Shown: in pieces, positions 46,284 through 56,264 of the stretch
How the letters are laid out: every line of letters starts with the position of its first letter
Numbering within the stretch: the first letter of the stretch is position 1
Virus record (IMG/VR): IMGVR_UViG_3300009151_000002
Length of the DNA: 57,765 bases
Strand: one strand, 5' to 3'
DNA from: an uncultured virus (IMG/VR IMGVR_UViG_3300009151_000002)
Taxonomy: Duplodnaviria > Heunggongvirae > Uroviricota > Caudoviricetes
Translations under genes and position numbers: made by a program
The notes under the pieces: model-generated
What the model was told of the DNA's origin: nothing
Seen by the model: only the letters and a program-made list of their open reading frames with translations
The model's database searches: none

Positions 46284-48715
46284 TATGCTTGTTGATTTAA
46301 ACCTAAAATATCCCATTTACCATCCGTAGAATTGTATATAATTCCAAGGTACATTGTTTTACTAATTACCGTAGTAGAAGGTAAAGTTATTCCTATTGCT
46401 CTATAGTTAGTTCCAAAAGTAATTGCTCTAGCTGTTCCATTATCTTTAATTCTAATCATTAATGATTGGCCTTCTGCAAAAGTACCAGTAGGATTAGCTA
46501 AAGTAAGTCCAACCGCTTGTGCTGTAATAATTACTAAATCATTTGTTGATACTGGTGTAACTGTTGCTGAACTTGTAACTGTTTGAACTCTTGGATTAAG
46601 TGGTGATTTAGCATCTAATTGCGTTTGAATACTACTAGTTACTCCTTTACCATAACTTAGTTCAGTTAAACTTGGATAAGTTGCTGTACTTAATGATTTA
46701 ATGTTTTTTGAAGCATCAAAACTAGCAATTGTATTTGCAGTTTCAGAACTTAAAATAACCGCTGGAGAAGTAACTGTACCAGTAAATGTTGGAGAAGCTA
46801 TAGGTGATTTAGCATCTAAGCTAGTTTGTAATGAAGTAACGTCTGAAATAGCAAGTGTAGCCCATTGTGATTTACCATCTGCAGTTATTGATTTTAAGAA
46901 TTTACCTATAGACTCTGTTCCATCTTGTAACCATAATGAGTAAACATCTGTAGTATTGTTTCCATTTGAAGCAAAAAATCTCCCACCTACATAAACTGAA
47001 CCTACAAAAGAACTACCATTATCAGTACTTGCACCAAAAACACCTGTAAAAGTACCTGGTCCATCGTTTACACTAGAACCGTGTAATCCATATTTACCAT
47101 TACCTGTAGTATTTCCACGTATAGCTGTATTGGCAACTCCATCAACAGTAACTCTAACACCTGTTACAGGAGCAGTTGAAATACCTAAATATGTTCCATT
47201 ATCTTGAATTAAACTATTACCTATTGTACCAGAAGCAGTAAACTTAGAAACATAATTTGCTGTACCTGAACCACCTATCTTAGCAGATGTATTCCCGTCA
47301 AGTTTTTGTATTGCTCCTAAAATAGAATCTGTAGCAGCTACTGTTCCTGCTCCAGAAACAAATCCAGTAATTAATTTTCCTGTAACTGTAGTAGCAGATA
47401 TACTAGTTGTAATACCTGTAGCTCCACTACCTGTAACATCACCACTTAATGTAACTGTTTGGTTTCCTGTAAGATATGTGTTAGTATCTAAAGCAAATGT
47501 ATTAACACCAGTCATTTTTATAAATGGTGTACCACTTGCATAAGATAATGCAGACACGTTTGTTAATATAGTACTACCTGCTTGTTTAGAATTCCATGTA
47601 GTAGCAGAACTAATATAAGTATCTCCTATTGTACCAATATCTCCAGAACCTAATAAATTTACACCAGCAACAGTTTTAATATTTGTACCTGATACAAGTG
47701 TTGCTTGTTTAGTTCCGATATTACCATCTAACTTATTAACAGCTGTCAAAATACTATCTGCTGCAGTAAGTGTTCCAGCACCTGATACAAAGCCTGTAAT
47801 AAGTTTACCTGTAACAGTTGATGCTGATATACTTGTAGAGATAGATGTAGATCCAGATCCCGATATATCACCACTAAGTGTTATATTTTGATTTGCTGTA
47901 AGATAAGTTGAGTTATCATAGTTTATGGTTGTACCAGAAATTTTTACAAATCCCGTTCCAGATAATGCATTTTGTTTTCCGTTAAATGTTGACCAATCAG
48001 TTGATGTTAAATACCCATCTGTAGAACTACTTGCAGCACCCAACTTAGTTTTAATTGTTGCTGTAGTTTCATCTCCAGTATTTGTTCCAGATAAAGTTAA
48101 TCCAGAATCTTTAATAATTTTTCCAGTAACACCATCAAAAAATACTACATTATTGTTTACTGAAGAAGAAGGTCCTGTAACAGCACCTATAATATTTTTT
48201 TGTATTATATTCCAATATTGACCTACAGTAGCTTGATTACCTGATACAGTTCCATCTGTATTACAAATAATCATATCTCCTACCTCAACATCTGTACCGC
48301 TTGCTCCACCTATTTTACCAGCAATACTTGCAATGTACATCCAACCTGCATCTGCTGCTGGATAGTTAGGATTAGTTGAACAATCAATCACTCCTTTGTA
48401 AATTAATGCATTTGCATTACCTAATAAATTATCAGCATATACTTTAACTGCATTTTGTGTTGGATATAATATATTTGATGTACCTAATGAAGTATTTGAA
48501 GATTTGTTAGCTTGATCTTCCGGAGTATATCCTAAAGCAGTAGCTAATATATTCCAAGATGTTCCATCTGAATAATAGTAACTACCATTATAATAAGCAA
48601 TTCTTTTAGTATTAGCACTTGCTAAATTAGATGTAATATCTAATGTATCTGCTCTTAAATTATTGATGTTATTACCTTGCATGTTAACATCAATAAAAAA
48701 CTTCTTGTCTGCCAT
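46283..48715 (-). CDS. Tail fibre protein
   Basis: Thr/Ser/Gly-rich fibre modules (SSSTDGYLTSTDWSTFNGKQ, SPTFTG) with two ~66-aa internal repeats. Likely start MADKKFFIDVN at 48715; the longer start lies within a terminator. Confidence 0.8.
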   Translation of the reverse strand: MADKKFFIDVNMQGNNINNLRADTLDITSNLASANTKRIAYYNGSYYYSDGTSWNILATALGYTPEDQANKSSNTSLGTSNILYPTQNAVKVYADNLLGNANALIYKGVIDCSTNPNYPAADAGWMYIASIAGKIGGASGTDVEVGDMIICNTDGTVSGNQATVGQYWNIIQKNIIGAVTGPSSSVNNNVVFFDGVTGKIIKDSGLTLSGTNTGDETTATIKTKLGAASSSTDGYLTSTDWSTFNGKQNALSGTGFVKISGTTINYDNSTYLTANQNITLSGDISGSGSTSISTSISASTVTGKLITGFVSGAGTLTAADSILTAVNKLDGNIGTKQATLVSGTNIKTVAGVNLLGSGDIGTIGDTYISSATTWNSKQAGSTILTNVSALSYASGTPFIKMTGVNTFALDTNTYLTGNQTVTLSGDVTGSGATGITTSISATTVTGKLITGFVSGAGTVAATDSILGAIQKLDGNTSAKIGGSGTANYVSKFTASGTIGNSLIQDNGTYLGISTAPVTGVRVTVDGVANTAIRGNTTGNGKYGLHGSSVNDGPGTFTGVFGASTDNGSSFVGSVYVGGRFFASNGNNTTDVYSLWLQDGTESIGKFLKSITADGKSQWATLAISDVTSLQTSLDAKSPIASPTFTGTVTSPAVILSSETANTIASFDASKNIKSLSTATYPSLTELSYGKGVTSSIQTQLDAKSPLNPRVQTVTSSATVTPVSTNDLVIITAQAVGLTLANPTGTFAEGQSLMIRIKDNGTARAITFGTNYRAIGITLPSTTVISKTMYLGIIYNSTDGKWDILGLNQQA

Positions 48716-48744
48716 ATTATTATTTTTTACAAATATAGTGTATT

Positions 48745-48778
48745 TAAAAAAACCCACCCCTATTATGGAGTGGGTTTT
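48745..48778 (-). terminator. Rho-independent terminator
   Basis: AAAACCCACTCC...GGGGTGGGTTTTTTT; followed by a CTATATTTG promoter box at 48730-48738. Confidence 0.75.
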
Positions 48779-48799
48779 AAGTTTATTACATTTTATTTT

Positions 48800-50197
48800 T
48801 TATTGTGAAACTTCCATAATATTAACTCGAACTTGCTCTGTTGGTAAAACATTTGAATAAAGATAAATTGTACCGTTACTGTCATAGAACTCAAATTCAG
48901 CAGGTCTATTTCCACAAACTGTATTTATTATCAAATTACCATTAAGAGTATTTTGTATTGTATATATATAAGTAGTTCCGTCCAAAATCCAATCTTCAGT
49001 ATTAACAAATACTGCTGTTGACTTACTATCAGTATAAGCATTAGCGTTAGATTCAGCTGTTGCAGCAGTAGTATCAACATACAATTTGTTAGCAGCATCA
49101 CCATCAGCAGTTGGTGCTGGTAGGTTGATGATAGGTGATACATTATTAGCATTAAATGGTGATTGTAAATATACTTCTCCTCCTATTGCTTTTGATGCAA
49201 TACCGTTAGTATAAAAATCGTTAGCAGTTAATACTGATACATTATAAATTTGATGTTCAGCCATATCAATTTGACCACTCATTGTACCACCAGCTAAATC
49301 TAATTTAGCAGCAAGTCCAGTATCAGTATAAGAATTAGCATCAGTTAATGCTTGAGCAGCAGAACCAGCAGCGTCATAGTTAGGAGCTAATGAATCAGCG
49401 TAAGCTTCAGCGTTAGCTTGTGCAGTTGAAGCAGCATTGTCAACATACTCTTTGTTTGTAGCGTCACCAGTACTTGTTGGTGCTGGTACATTTGTAATTT
49501 TATTAAAATTTGCATCAAGGTCACCGGCATTTATAATAGCACCAGTAGCAAGATTAATTTTATTAGCACCTTCACCAGTAATAAAACTAACACTTTGAAT
49601 ATCCGAACCACCCATATTAAGGGTTCCAGTCATAGTTCCACCAGCAAGAGGTAATTTGCTAGAAATCTCAGGAGTAATTTGAGCATCAATTTTACCTTGT
49701 AATGTAGCTGGAGTAATAACAACTGCACCACCTTCTGTACCATCATTAGCTTCTGTTTGTGTAGCTAAACGAGAGATACCATCAACTGAATCAGTAGCAA
49801 TAACTATGTTACCTTGTAAAATCAACCAATCAGAAAGAGTAGCACCAGCATTATCAACTTTAGCAACAATTGAATCACCAACTTGTACAGACTCTCCTAA
49901 GAAAGTACCTGCTGCAGTTGCTGCCCAAAAGTAACCTTTTAATGCTGTTCCGTCTGTAATATCAGGAGTATCCGTTGTTGGATCATATCCACCTTGGAAG
50001 ATCAAACCACCTGTTACTGCAGCAATATCTGATAAGTTAGCCACATCTTTGATAGCTGTACCATCAAAATACTTTAATCTTGTTCCGTCAAATCCAAATG
50101 AACCAGCTTTGGTTAAGCTTGAATTTGTACCAATTGTTGCATTTGTTAATGCACTACCTTGTAGATTAATGTCTACAAAAAACTTTTTTTCTGCCAT
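48800..50197 (-). CDS. Tail fibre protein
   Basis: LAGGTMTG and PAPT..GDA.NK.YVD repeats; N-terminus paralogous to 46283-48715. Confidence 0.8.
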   Translation of the reverse strand: MAEKKFFVDINLQGSALTNATIGTNSSLTKAGSFGFDGTRLKYFDGTAIKDVANLSDIAAVTGGLIFQGGYDPTTDTPDITDGTALKGYFWAATAAGTFLGESVQVGDSIVAKVDNAGATLSDWLILQGNIVIATDSVDGISRLATQTEANDGTEGGAVVITPATLQGKIDAQITPEISSKLPLAGGTMTGTLNMGGSDIQSVSFITGEGANKINLATGAIINAGDLDANFNKITNVPAPTSTGDATNKEYVDNAASTAQANAEAYADSLAPNYDAAGSAAQALTDANSYTDTGLAAKLDLAGGTMSGQIDMAEHQIYNVSVLTANDFYTNGIASKAIGGEVYLQSPFNANNVSPIINLPAPTADGDAANKLYVDTTAATAESNANAYTDSKSTAVFVNTEDWILDGTTYIYTIQNTLNGNLIINTVCGNRPAEFEFYDSNGTIYLYSNVLPTEQVRVNIMEVSQ

Positions 50198-50253
50198 TTT
50201 GTTTTGTTTTTAGTTTAAATTTAAGTTATAATATAATATACAATTTTATTTTA

Positions 50254-50505
50254 TTAATTACAATAAACATATCCAGTAATTGGAATATTTAATGTTATAT
50301 TAACAGTGTTATTATCTATCCAATCAATCTGAGCAATAATTTCATTCTTATCTTCATCAACTACTTGTACTGCACATTTAGTATTTAAATTATGAATAAC
50401 AACCCAAGTAGTTGCTGGAACAGATTGAGTATGTACATAGCTTATGTCTTGAAGTGAATTTACAAGATCAAACTCACCGGATACTGGGTTGTATTTATTT
50501 TTCAT
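50254..50505 (-). CDS. Small fibre-associated protein
   Basis: YVHTQSVPATTWVVIHNLN beta-domain motif common in phage fibre modules. Confidence 0.55.
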   Translation of the reverse strand: MKNKYNPVSGEFDLVNSLQDISYVHTQSVPATTWVVIHNLNTKCAVQVVDEDKNEIIAQIDWIDNNTVNITLNIPITGYVYCN

Positions 50506-50507
50506 AA

Positions 50508-50873
50508 TTATGAATATTGAATTTGTGTAACATTTCTATTTACATCATAAGTAAGAGTTTCTATAATAGTTTCTACACCATATTCAGTAGTTCCTGTATG
50601 AGTAATATCAGTTACATCATTGTTACCATTATATGATAAAACTCTATTATAATTTGCTGATCCTTGAATCCTACCTATCTTAGATATAGAATTCTTTTTA
50701 ATTATTTCTACAAATGCTTCAACTATTAAGAGAGTTGTTTCTGTAGCAGCCCCACCAGGAGGCGCAATACCAGAAATATTATCTGCTATTTGTTGAAGAC
50801 CTAGTAAGGTTTTCATTTGATAAGGAAAATTATTCCCTTGATTTCCTGTATCTTTTAAATTTCCTATTGACAT
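50508..50873 (-). CDS. Small structural protein
   Basis: 121 aa; GGAATETTL fibre-type motif; GTATATTA box at 50899-50906 upstream. Confidence 0.5.
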   Translation of the reverse strand: MSIGNLKDTGNQGNNFPYQMKTLLGLQQIADNISGIAPPGGAATETTLLIVEAFVEIIKKNSISKIGRIQGSANYNRVLSYNGNNDVTDITHTGTTEYGVETIIETLTYDVNRNVTQIQYS

Positions 50874-50920
50874 GAGATAAATATTTAGACTATAATATTA
50901 ATATACTTAAAAAAATCCAC

Positions 50921-50956
50921 AAAAACAAAAAACCCTAGAAGTTAATCCAGGGTTTT
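50921..50956 (-). terminator. Rho-independent terminator
   Basis: AAAACCCTGGA...TCTAGGGTTTTTTGTTTTT. Confidence 0.75.
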
Positions 50957-50977
50957 AATAAAGGAGTCAAGCAATGA

Positions 50978-51142
50978 CTATTCTGATACTACTTCTAAAG
51001 TAGGTTCAGTAGCTGGAACTAAACTGTGTAATACATTTAATGCTACCAATATTTGGTTGGTATCTGCTAATGTATAAACACCTTTTAATGTAGCAGCATT
51101 CAATGCTTGCTCAATAGTTTTAACTGCATCAGTTGGATTCAT
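50978..51142 (-). CDS. Small protein (54 aa), not in ORF track
   Basis: MNPTDAVKTIEQALNAATLKGVYTLADTNQILVALNVLHSLVPATEPTLEVVSE*; A-rich leader, terminator downstream. Confidence 0.7.
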   Translation of the reverse strand: MNPTDAVKTIEQALNAATLKGVYTLADTNQILVALNVLHSLVPATEPTLEVVSE

Positions 51143-51192
51143 AGTTTAAATTTTTTAGGTTTATATTTTTTGTAAATATAATAAATTTAAAC

Positions 51193-51429
51193 TTACTTGA
51201 TAGCTTCCAACTCAGTTTTTTGTGCTGGAGTTAATGCAGTTGCAAACCATTCTTTACCTAACATAATAGCAATGTGATCTACATTACGTTTTACTGTTGC
51301 TGTTTCTTCTTCAGATAGTATTCTTTTTCTTTTTAATTCTGCAATTAAGTTTACACTATCATAAGCTGCTAATACAGACTTTGCTGCTTGTTCAGCTGTT
51401 ACTTCTTCTTTTAAAATTTCTACTGACAT
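51193..51429 (-). CDS. Small helical protein, possible fibre chaperone
   Basis: 78 aa following the beta-roll fibre gene. Confidence 0.5.
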   Translation of the reverse strand: MSVEILKEEVTAEQAAKSVLAAYDSVNLIAELKRKRILSEEETATVKRNVDHIAIMLGKEWFATALTPAQKTELEAIK

Positions 51430-51453
51430 TTTATTTTGATTTTAAATTAATTA

Positions 51454-52248
51454 CTAAGCTAATAAAATTTTTCGACCTACTCCATTGATTCTAACATTCC
51501 AAACATTAGCTGAAGTATTTTCTTCACTAGTTACAGAACCTGCTGGATTTTCAACTGAACCTACTGAAAATTGATTATCACCTGTAGCAGTAGCTCTTCT
51601 ACCTAATAATACACAAGAACTGTAATTTCCAGCATATGTTTCAAAACCCACTCCTGTATTATATGAACCGGTAGTTAAACCACCTAAAGCACCTAAACCT
51701 ACTGCAACATTATCGCGACCAGTAGTAATATCAAATAATGCAAATGATCCAATAGCAACATTGTTTTTACTGGTAGTGCTAAATAACATTGATACTACAC
51801 CGATTCCTATATTATTTTCACCAGTAGTATTAAAATACAGTGTACTATTACCGATAGCTATATTTTGAACACCAGTAGTATTATTATACAGTGTATCTAA
51901 ACCAATACCAACATTTTGATCAGCTGTTGTAGTATTTCTTAAAGCCCTTTTTCCTATCGCAATATTTACAGAACCTGTTGTAATAGTATTAAGAGAATTA
52001 TCACCAAGAGCAATATTATTAGCTCCCGTTGTAATACTAGATAAAGCATTTTCACCAAATTTAATATTACCATTTGTAAACGTAGGAGTAACTAAACTTG
52101 CAAAATCAGCTACTGAAATAGCTCCGGCTAAATAACCATCATCTCTCTTAGGATCTTTAAGACCTACTGGTAATAAAGTGTGAGAGGCATCAACGGTAGA
52201 AACTGTTCTACCGTTTTTTGTCCATGATATAAAATTTAAAATATCCAT
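51454..52248 (-). CDS. Trimeric beta-roll (YadA-head/Hep_Hag-like) fibre protein
   Basis: 18-residue repeats N[IV]A[IV]G..[AS]L...TTG. Confidence 0.75.
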   Translation of the reverse strand: MDILNFISWTKNGRTVSTVDASHTLLPVGLKDPKRDDGYLAGAISVADFASLVTPTFTNGNIKFGENALSSITTGANNIALGDNSLNTITTGSVNIAIGKRALRNTTTADQNVGIGLDTLYNNTTGVQNIAIGNSTLYFNTTGENNIGIGVVSMLFSTTSKNNVAIGSFALFDITTGRDNVAVGLGALGGLTTGSYNTGVGFETYAGNYSSCVLLGRRATATGDNQFSVGSVENPAGSVTSEENTSANVWNVRINGVGRKILLA

Positions 52249-52249
52249 C

Positions 52250-52408
52250 TTATTTTTTGTATTTAGTTTCTAATGCAGCTTTCATTTCAACTACTTTAGC
52301 TTCAATTCTAGCTCTGTTAGGTTCAACTTCTACACTCATTGCCATTGCTCTTAGTTGAGGTTTAGGCCCCCAGTTTTCTGGTTTCTGTAATAAAGATTTA
52401 TTTGCCAT
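52250..52408 (-). CDS. Small protein (52 aa), not in ORF track
   Basis: MANKSLLQKPENWGPKPQLRAMAMSVEVEPNRARIEAKVVEMKAALETKYKK* fills the gap exactly. Confidence 0.65.
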   Translation of the reverse strand: MANKSLLQKPENWGPKPQLRAMAMSVEVEPNRARIEAKVVEMKAALETKYKK

Positions 52409-52419
52409 GATAATTAGTA

Positions 52420-53100
52420 TTAATATAAAGTAAATTTAAGTGGTGTTCCTTCTACTGTTAAGAATTCAAAATTGAATGATGCATCACCATATATTTTATA
52501 TACAGCAGTTTGTGACACAGCAACTAAATAAATATCTGCACCATCTGGAGCATATTGATCAATTGCAATTGTCATAATTTCTGCAGGAACTAGATCATCA
52601 TTATCATCACTGATAGATGCTCCGTTTGCAAATGCACATACAATCGGTGTTGGCATAGGTGCATTAGGAGTAGATGTAACTGTTCCGCTTGTTTGCCATG
52701 GGAATATACTTAGATAACTTCCATCAGTAGTTTCTACAGTACCTAAATACTCAATTATGAATGTATCATTTGCAGATCCAAGTTCATATACACCAGCAAC
52801 TTTATATCCTACAAGATTTCCTTGATAGAAAGTAGGTGCGGCAGGAGTATCTTCTATTTTAGTAGAAGTTGGTATCATATAAGGTGTTACAGGAAAAGGA
52901 TACTGATCATATATACCAGTCTTATATGTATTATTTTCTTGTGCTCCAGAAGCAACTGCATCTGCAACTGTTACTGCATTTACAAGATAGCCATCATCTC
53001 TTCTTGCTGTAGGTGTACCAACTGCAAGTAAAGAACCTTTTGGTGTTGCTGTGATTACACGTTTTTCCTTAATCCAGGAAATAAAATTTAAAATATCCAT
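52420..53100 (-). CDS. Fibre/decoration protein sharing its N-terminal anchor with 51454-52248
   Basis: Both begin MDILNFISW.K..R...LL.VG....RDDGYL..A..VAD. Confidence 0.6.
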   Translation of the reverse strand: MDILNFISWIKEKRVITATPKGSLLAVGTPTARRDDGYLVNAVTVADAVASGAQENNTYKTGIYDQYPFPVTPYMIPTSTKIEDTPAAPTFYQGNLVGYKVAGVYELGSANDTFIIEYLGTVETTDGSYLSIFPWQTSGTVTSTPNAPMPTPIVCAFANGASISDDNDDLVPAEIMTIAIDQYAPDGADIYLVAVSQTAVYKIYGDASFNFEFLTVEGTPLKFTLY

Positions 53101-53111
53101 TGTTATAAAAA

Positions 53112-54674
53112 TTAAATTGCTAGTAAAGGTATTTTGTAGTTAGCTCCATTGATTCTAACTGTCCAAGTTCTATTAGGTGTGATAGTTTCTGTTGTTACAG
53201 CTCCTGCATTATAAGATGTACTACCTACTACAAATTGATTGTTAGCTGTAGCATAAGCACCATGTCCAATTACAATTGTACCAGAATAATTTATAGGAGT
53301 TGCATTTTGACCTATCGCAATATTATTAGAACCTGTATAACATTGTTGTAATACAGTTTTTCCAATACCAATATTGTTTTGTCCTGTAGTTATATTTCTA
53401 AATGAATCATTCCCTATAGCAATATTGTCACTTGCTGCTGAAAAACCAGGGTATAAAGCACTATTTCCAATTGCTATATTTCCAGATCCCTCATTAAACT
53501 GAGCTGCAGAATAACCAATTGCAGTATTACCATTACCTGTACCACGTTCTAATGCTGACCGACCTACTGCCGTATTAAGAGAACTAACTGTACTATCACG
53601 CATTGCACCATCACCGATTACAGTATTATTACTACCCGTTGTATTATTACCTAATGTACCAAATCCAATTCCAACATTTGATTGTCCAGTTGTATTATAT
53701 CTTAATGATTGATTACCAACAGCTATATTTTGTGTACCTGTAGTATTAGTTCGTAATGAATCATTACCAATTGATGTATTGTTATTAGCAGTAGTATTAG
53801 ATAATAAAGCACTAACACCAATAGCAATATTATTTTCACCACTTATATTACTTTGTAATGCACTTAATCCAACTGCTGTATTTAATATTCCTGTGGTATT
53901 ACTTAAAAGTGCATTTGCAGCAATAGCTACGTTGCCATAACCTGTTGTATTTGTATACAAGGATGCATAACCAACAGCTACATTTGAGTTACCTGTAGTA
54001 TTAGACCGTAATGTTAAATATCCTACACCAGTATTATTATTACCATTTGTTACACGTAATGCTTCATTACCTACTGCAGTATTACCCGTTGCTGTTGTAG
54101 TATTATATAATGCTTGAAGACCAATACCAATGTTATTATTACCTGTTGTATTTGCAAGTAATGCTCCTGATCCTACAGCTATATTTTTAAAACCTGTAGT
54201 GTTTTCTCTTAAAGCTTCATAACCTATACTAGTATTGTTTGTACCTGAAGTGTTACTTCTTAAAGCATTATCACCATATGTTGTGTTTGTTAAAACATCA
54301 CCTTTACCATTAGACCATACTGTTTTATCAGTAGTATTATACTCAATAAAACTTGGTAATCCAACTGTTAAATCTCCAGAACCTAATATACTAGAACCAT
54401 TAATAGTTTTAATATTACTACCTGAAAATAATAAAGGTTGTTTACCATTAATTATGTTCATTAAATCATTCTGATCATTAATGTTTCCTATAATAGTTCC
54501 CCATACAGGAATACTACTAACTTGAGATTTTAAATCTGCAAAAGTTACACCTAATGTATTACCTTGTAAACTGCTTCCTATTGATAAAGGTAACACAGCT
54601 TCATCTGGAATTGTTGTTATTATATTATTGGATGTCAATGGATATCCAAAATTTATTTGTCCTGTAAAACTCAT
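53112..54674 (-). CDS. Long trimeric beta-roll (YadA-head-like) tail fibre
   Basis: About 19 tandem repeats of N[TIV]A[IV]G..AL..NTTG; GTATATTA box at 54707-54714 upstream. Confidence 0.8.
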   Translation of the reverse strand: MSFTGQINFGYPLTSNNIITTIPDEAVLPLSIGSSLQGNTLGVTFADLKSQVSSIPVWGTIIGNINDQNDLMNIINGKQPLLFSGSNIKTINGSSILGSGDLTVGLPSFIEYNTTDKTVWSNGKGDVLTNTTYGDNALRSNTSGTNNTSIGYEALRENTTGFKNIAVGSGALLANTTGNNNIGIGLQALYNTTTATGNTAVGNEALRVTNGNNNTGVGYLTLRSNTTGNSNVAVGYASLYTNTTGYGNVAIAANALLSNTTGILNTAVGLSALQSNISGENNIAIGVSALLSNTTANNNTSIGNDSLRTNTTGTQNIAVGNQSLRYNTTGQSNVGIGFGTLGNNTTGSNNTVIGDGAMRDSTVSSLNTAVGRSALERGTGNGNTAIGYSAAQFNEGSGNIAIGNSALYPGFSAASDNIAIGNDSFRNITTGQNNIGIGKTVLQQCYTGSNNIAIGQNATPINYSGTIVIGHGAYATANNQFVVGSTSYNAGAVTTETITPNRTWTVRINGANYKIPLLAI

Positions 54675-54726
54675 AGATTTTTTATTTTAACTATAAATAC
54701 TATTAATAATATACAAAAAAAATTTC

Positions 54727-54756
54727 ATAAAAAAAAGCCCTAGTAAAAACCAGGGC
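54727..54756 (-). terminator. Rho-independent terminator
   Basis: GCCCTGGT-TTTT-ACTAGGGC followed by a run of T. Confidence 0.8.
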
Positions 54757-54777
54757 CCTTTTATATAAATAAAAAAT

Positions 54778-54984
54778 TTAATTAATCATCATGTTAGAAA
54801 TAACACCTAGAAGAAATGATATAAAACACATTATAATTATTGCTAAGTTAGCTTTAGTTACTTTCTCGGTATCTTCTTGCCACATGTTATATACTTTATT
54901 GTATATAGGCATACGCCAAGAATTTTGTAATCCATACAGTATATATATAATAATTACACCAATAAGTAAACAAACAATAATCAT
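54778..54984 (-). CDS. Small two-TM membrane protein
   Basis: 68 aa with two hydrophobic segments; ATGA-coupled to the upstream gene. Confidence 0.55.
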   Translation of the reverse strand: MIIVCLLIGVIIIYILYGLQNSWRMPIYNKVYNMWQEDTEKVTKANLAIIIMCFISFLLGVISNMMIN

Positions 54985-55358
54985 AAACTATCAATTCTAC
55001 GCTGTAAATATACTAAAGCTTTTTGTAAATCCTCTTTTTCTTTTGCAGAATTTTTTTTACCAGCTCTTGCAACATACTTAATAACATTACCTAAATAAAA
55101 ATCTTTATCAAGATTCCAAGCTTCTAATACTTTAAATACTTCATACGTACTATCAGCTCCACCGTAATGCTCAGGTCTTAATGCATCTGGTTGTTCTATA
55201 GGAGAAGTTGTTGGTGTCCATTTACGGGAAAATTTATCAAATTCTTTCTTATTGTACTCCTGTGGATCAACCCATTTAGGCTCTGTAGACATACTTACAT
55301 TTTTATTGAGATCTTTCATAACACATTTATTATACTGTTCGTAACGCAATTCATTCAT
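54981..55358 (-). CDS. DUF3310 protein (T7 gp1.7-like putative nucleotide kinase family)
   Basis: PEHY...E....FYLGNVIKYVARAGKK...EDLQKALVYL. Confidence 0.8.
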   Translation of the reverse strand: MNELRYEQYNKCVMKDLNKNVSMSTEPKWVDPQEYNKKEFDKFSRKWTPTTSPIEQPDALRPEHYGGADSTYEVFKVLEAWNLDKDFYLGNVIKYVARAGKKNSAKEKEDLQKALVYLQRRIDSL

Positions 55359-55359
55359 C

Positions 55360-55635
55360 TCAGTATACTATTGCAATATCAAACTCTTTTACTAACAATT
55401 TAATCTGACCATCTAGATCAATTTTCTCAGCTCCTTCTAAAGCAAATGTTTGTACATATACTTTGTCTCCAGCTTTTACTTTTTCTACTTCATCTCCTAC
55501 AGAGTGAATTTCTAACTGTGTCCATTTTTTAACTGCTTCTTTTTCGCGCTCTGCTTCTTGCATAGGGCTTAACTCAATTACTGCTTTGTCAATAACTGGA
55601 ATGTTAATCAAGATTCTTTTTCCTAATAGTCTCAT
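55360..55635 (-). CDS. groES: GroES-like co-chaperonin
   Basis: MRLLGKRILI...IHSVGDEVEKVKAGDKVY...LLVKEFDIAIVY. Confidence 0.75.
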   Translation of the reverse strand: MRLLGKRILINIPVIDKAVIELSPMQEAEREKEAVKKWTQLEIHSVGDEVEKVKAGDKVYVQTFALEGAEKIDLDGQIKLLVKEFDIAIVY

Positions 55636-55647
55636 CTTTTCTTTTAT

Positions 55648-55983
55648 TTATTGTTTATTAAATCCTTCTACCTGTCTTCTTTGACGGTCTCTTGTTCTTG
55701 CATCTTGCCAGTGAATAGCTTCTTCAATTTTAGTAATAGACAAAGCATTTTCTCTACAAGGAAAAGCTTCATTCAGACTTTCAAATAAACACTTGACATA
55801 TTTCAACATGTCTAATGCTTGTACTCCATTTACACCTACTTCAGAAATCGGGTCTGATTGAATTGTAAATTTAACAATAGGAGCAACACCTTTAATATCT
55901 TCTGTATTTTCAATTTGAATGAACTGTGTCCATTTCTCATTCTCTTCATTGTATTTTAACAATGCTTTTTCTACGTGTCTCAT
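55648..55983 (-). CDS. tad1: Tad1-like anti-Thoeris/anti-CBASS nucleotide-signal sponge
   Basis: F.IQ..P..E.GVNGV...D...L...FPCRENALSITKIEEAIHW...RT.DR..R.VEG matches the Tad1 C-terminal signature (F..RENA.A.T..EEA..W...R..DR..R.V.G). Confidence 0.75.
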   Translation of the reverse strand: MRHVEKALLKYNEENEKWTQFIQIENTEDIKGVAPIVKFTIQSDPISEVGVNGVQALDMLKYVKCLFESLNEAFPCRENALSITKIEEAIHWQDARTRDRQRRQVEGFNKQ

Positions 55984-55988
55984 GTTTT

Positions 55989-56264
55989 TTATTTAAATGT
56001 AATTACTTTTACTACTGCCATCTGGGCACTTATTAATTCACCAACTGCGTGGTCAAACAATAAACTTTTAACTGGGTTTCCTGGTCCTTCTTGGTAGGAA
56101 TCTTTTAGAATGTTAGCTGCTTCTGCAAATAATTCTTTTACTTTAGCTACACCAGCATCATTAGATGGATTGAACTCAATCCCTACTAACTGTTCACCAA
56201 ATGAAAGCACCTTAGTTTCATTCATTCCAATTACTTCCGGAATACTTACTACTGTTTCACTCAT
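55989..56264 (-). CDS. Acb2-like helical-hairpin sponge protein
   Basis: FGEQLVGIEFNPS....V.KVK...A....AQMAVVKVITF resembles the Acb2/Tad1 hairpin family. Confidence 0.6.
   Translation of the reverse strand: MSETVVSIPEVIGMNETKVLSFGEQLVGIEFNPSNDAGVAKVKELFAEAANILKDSYQEGPGNPVKSLLFDHAVGELISAQMAVVKVITFK

Noticed and set aside
48716..48757. Extended N-termini given by the ORF track (also 46316, 42422, 28558, 21074, 57466)
   Set aside because: The longer starts overlap terminators or upstream genes, or lack an A-rich leader. Downstream ATGs have better context or paralogous N-termini.
53250..54290. ~54-bp periodic repeats that could suggest a CRISPR array or DGR
   Set aside because: Degenerate coding repeats of a beta-roll fibre. 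There is no invariant repeat-spacer structure, no reverse transcriptase and no adenine-specific TR/VR pair.
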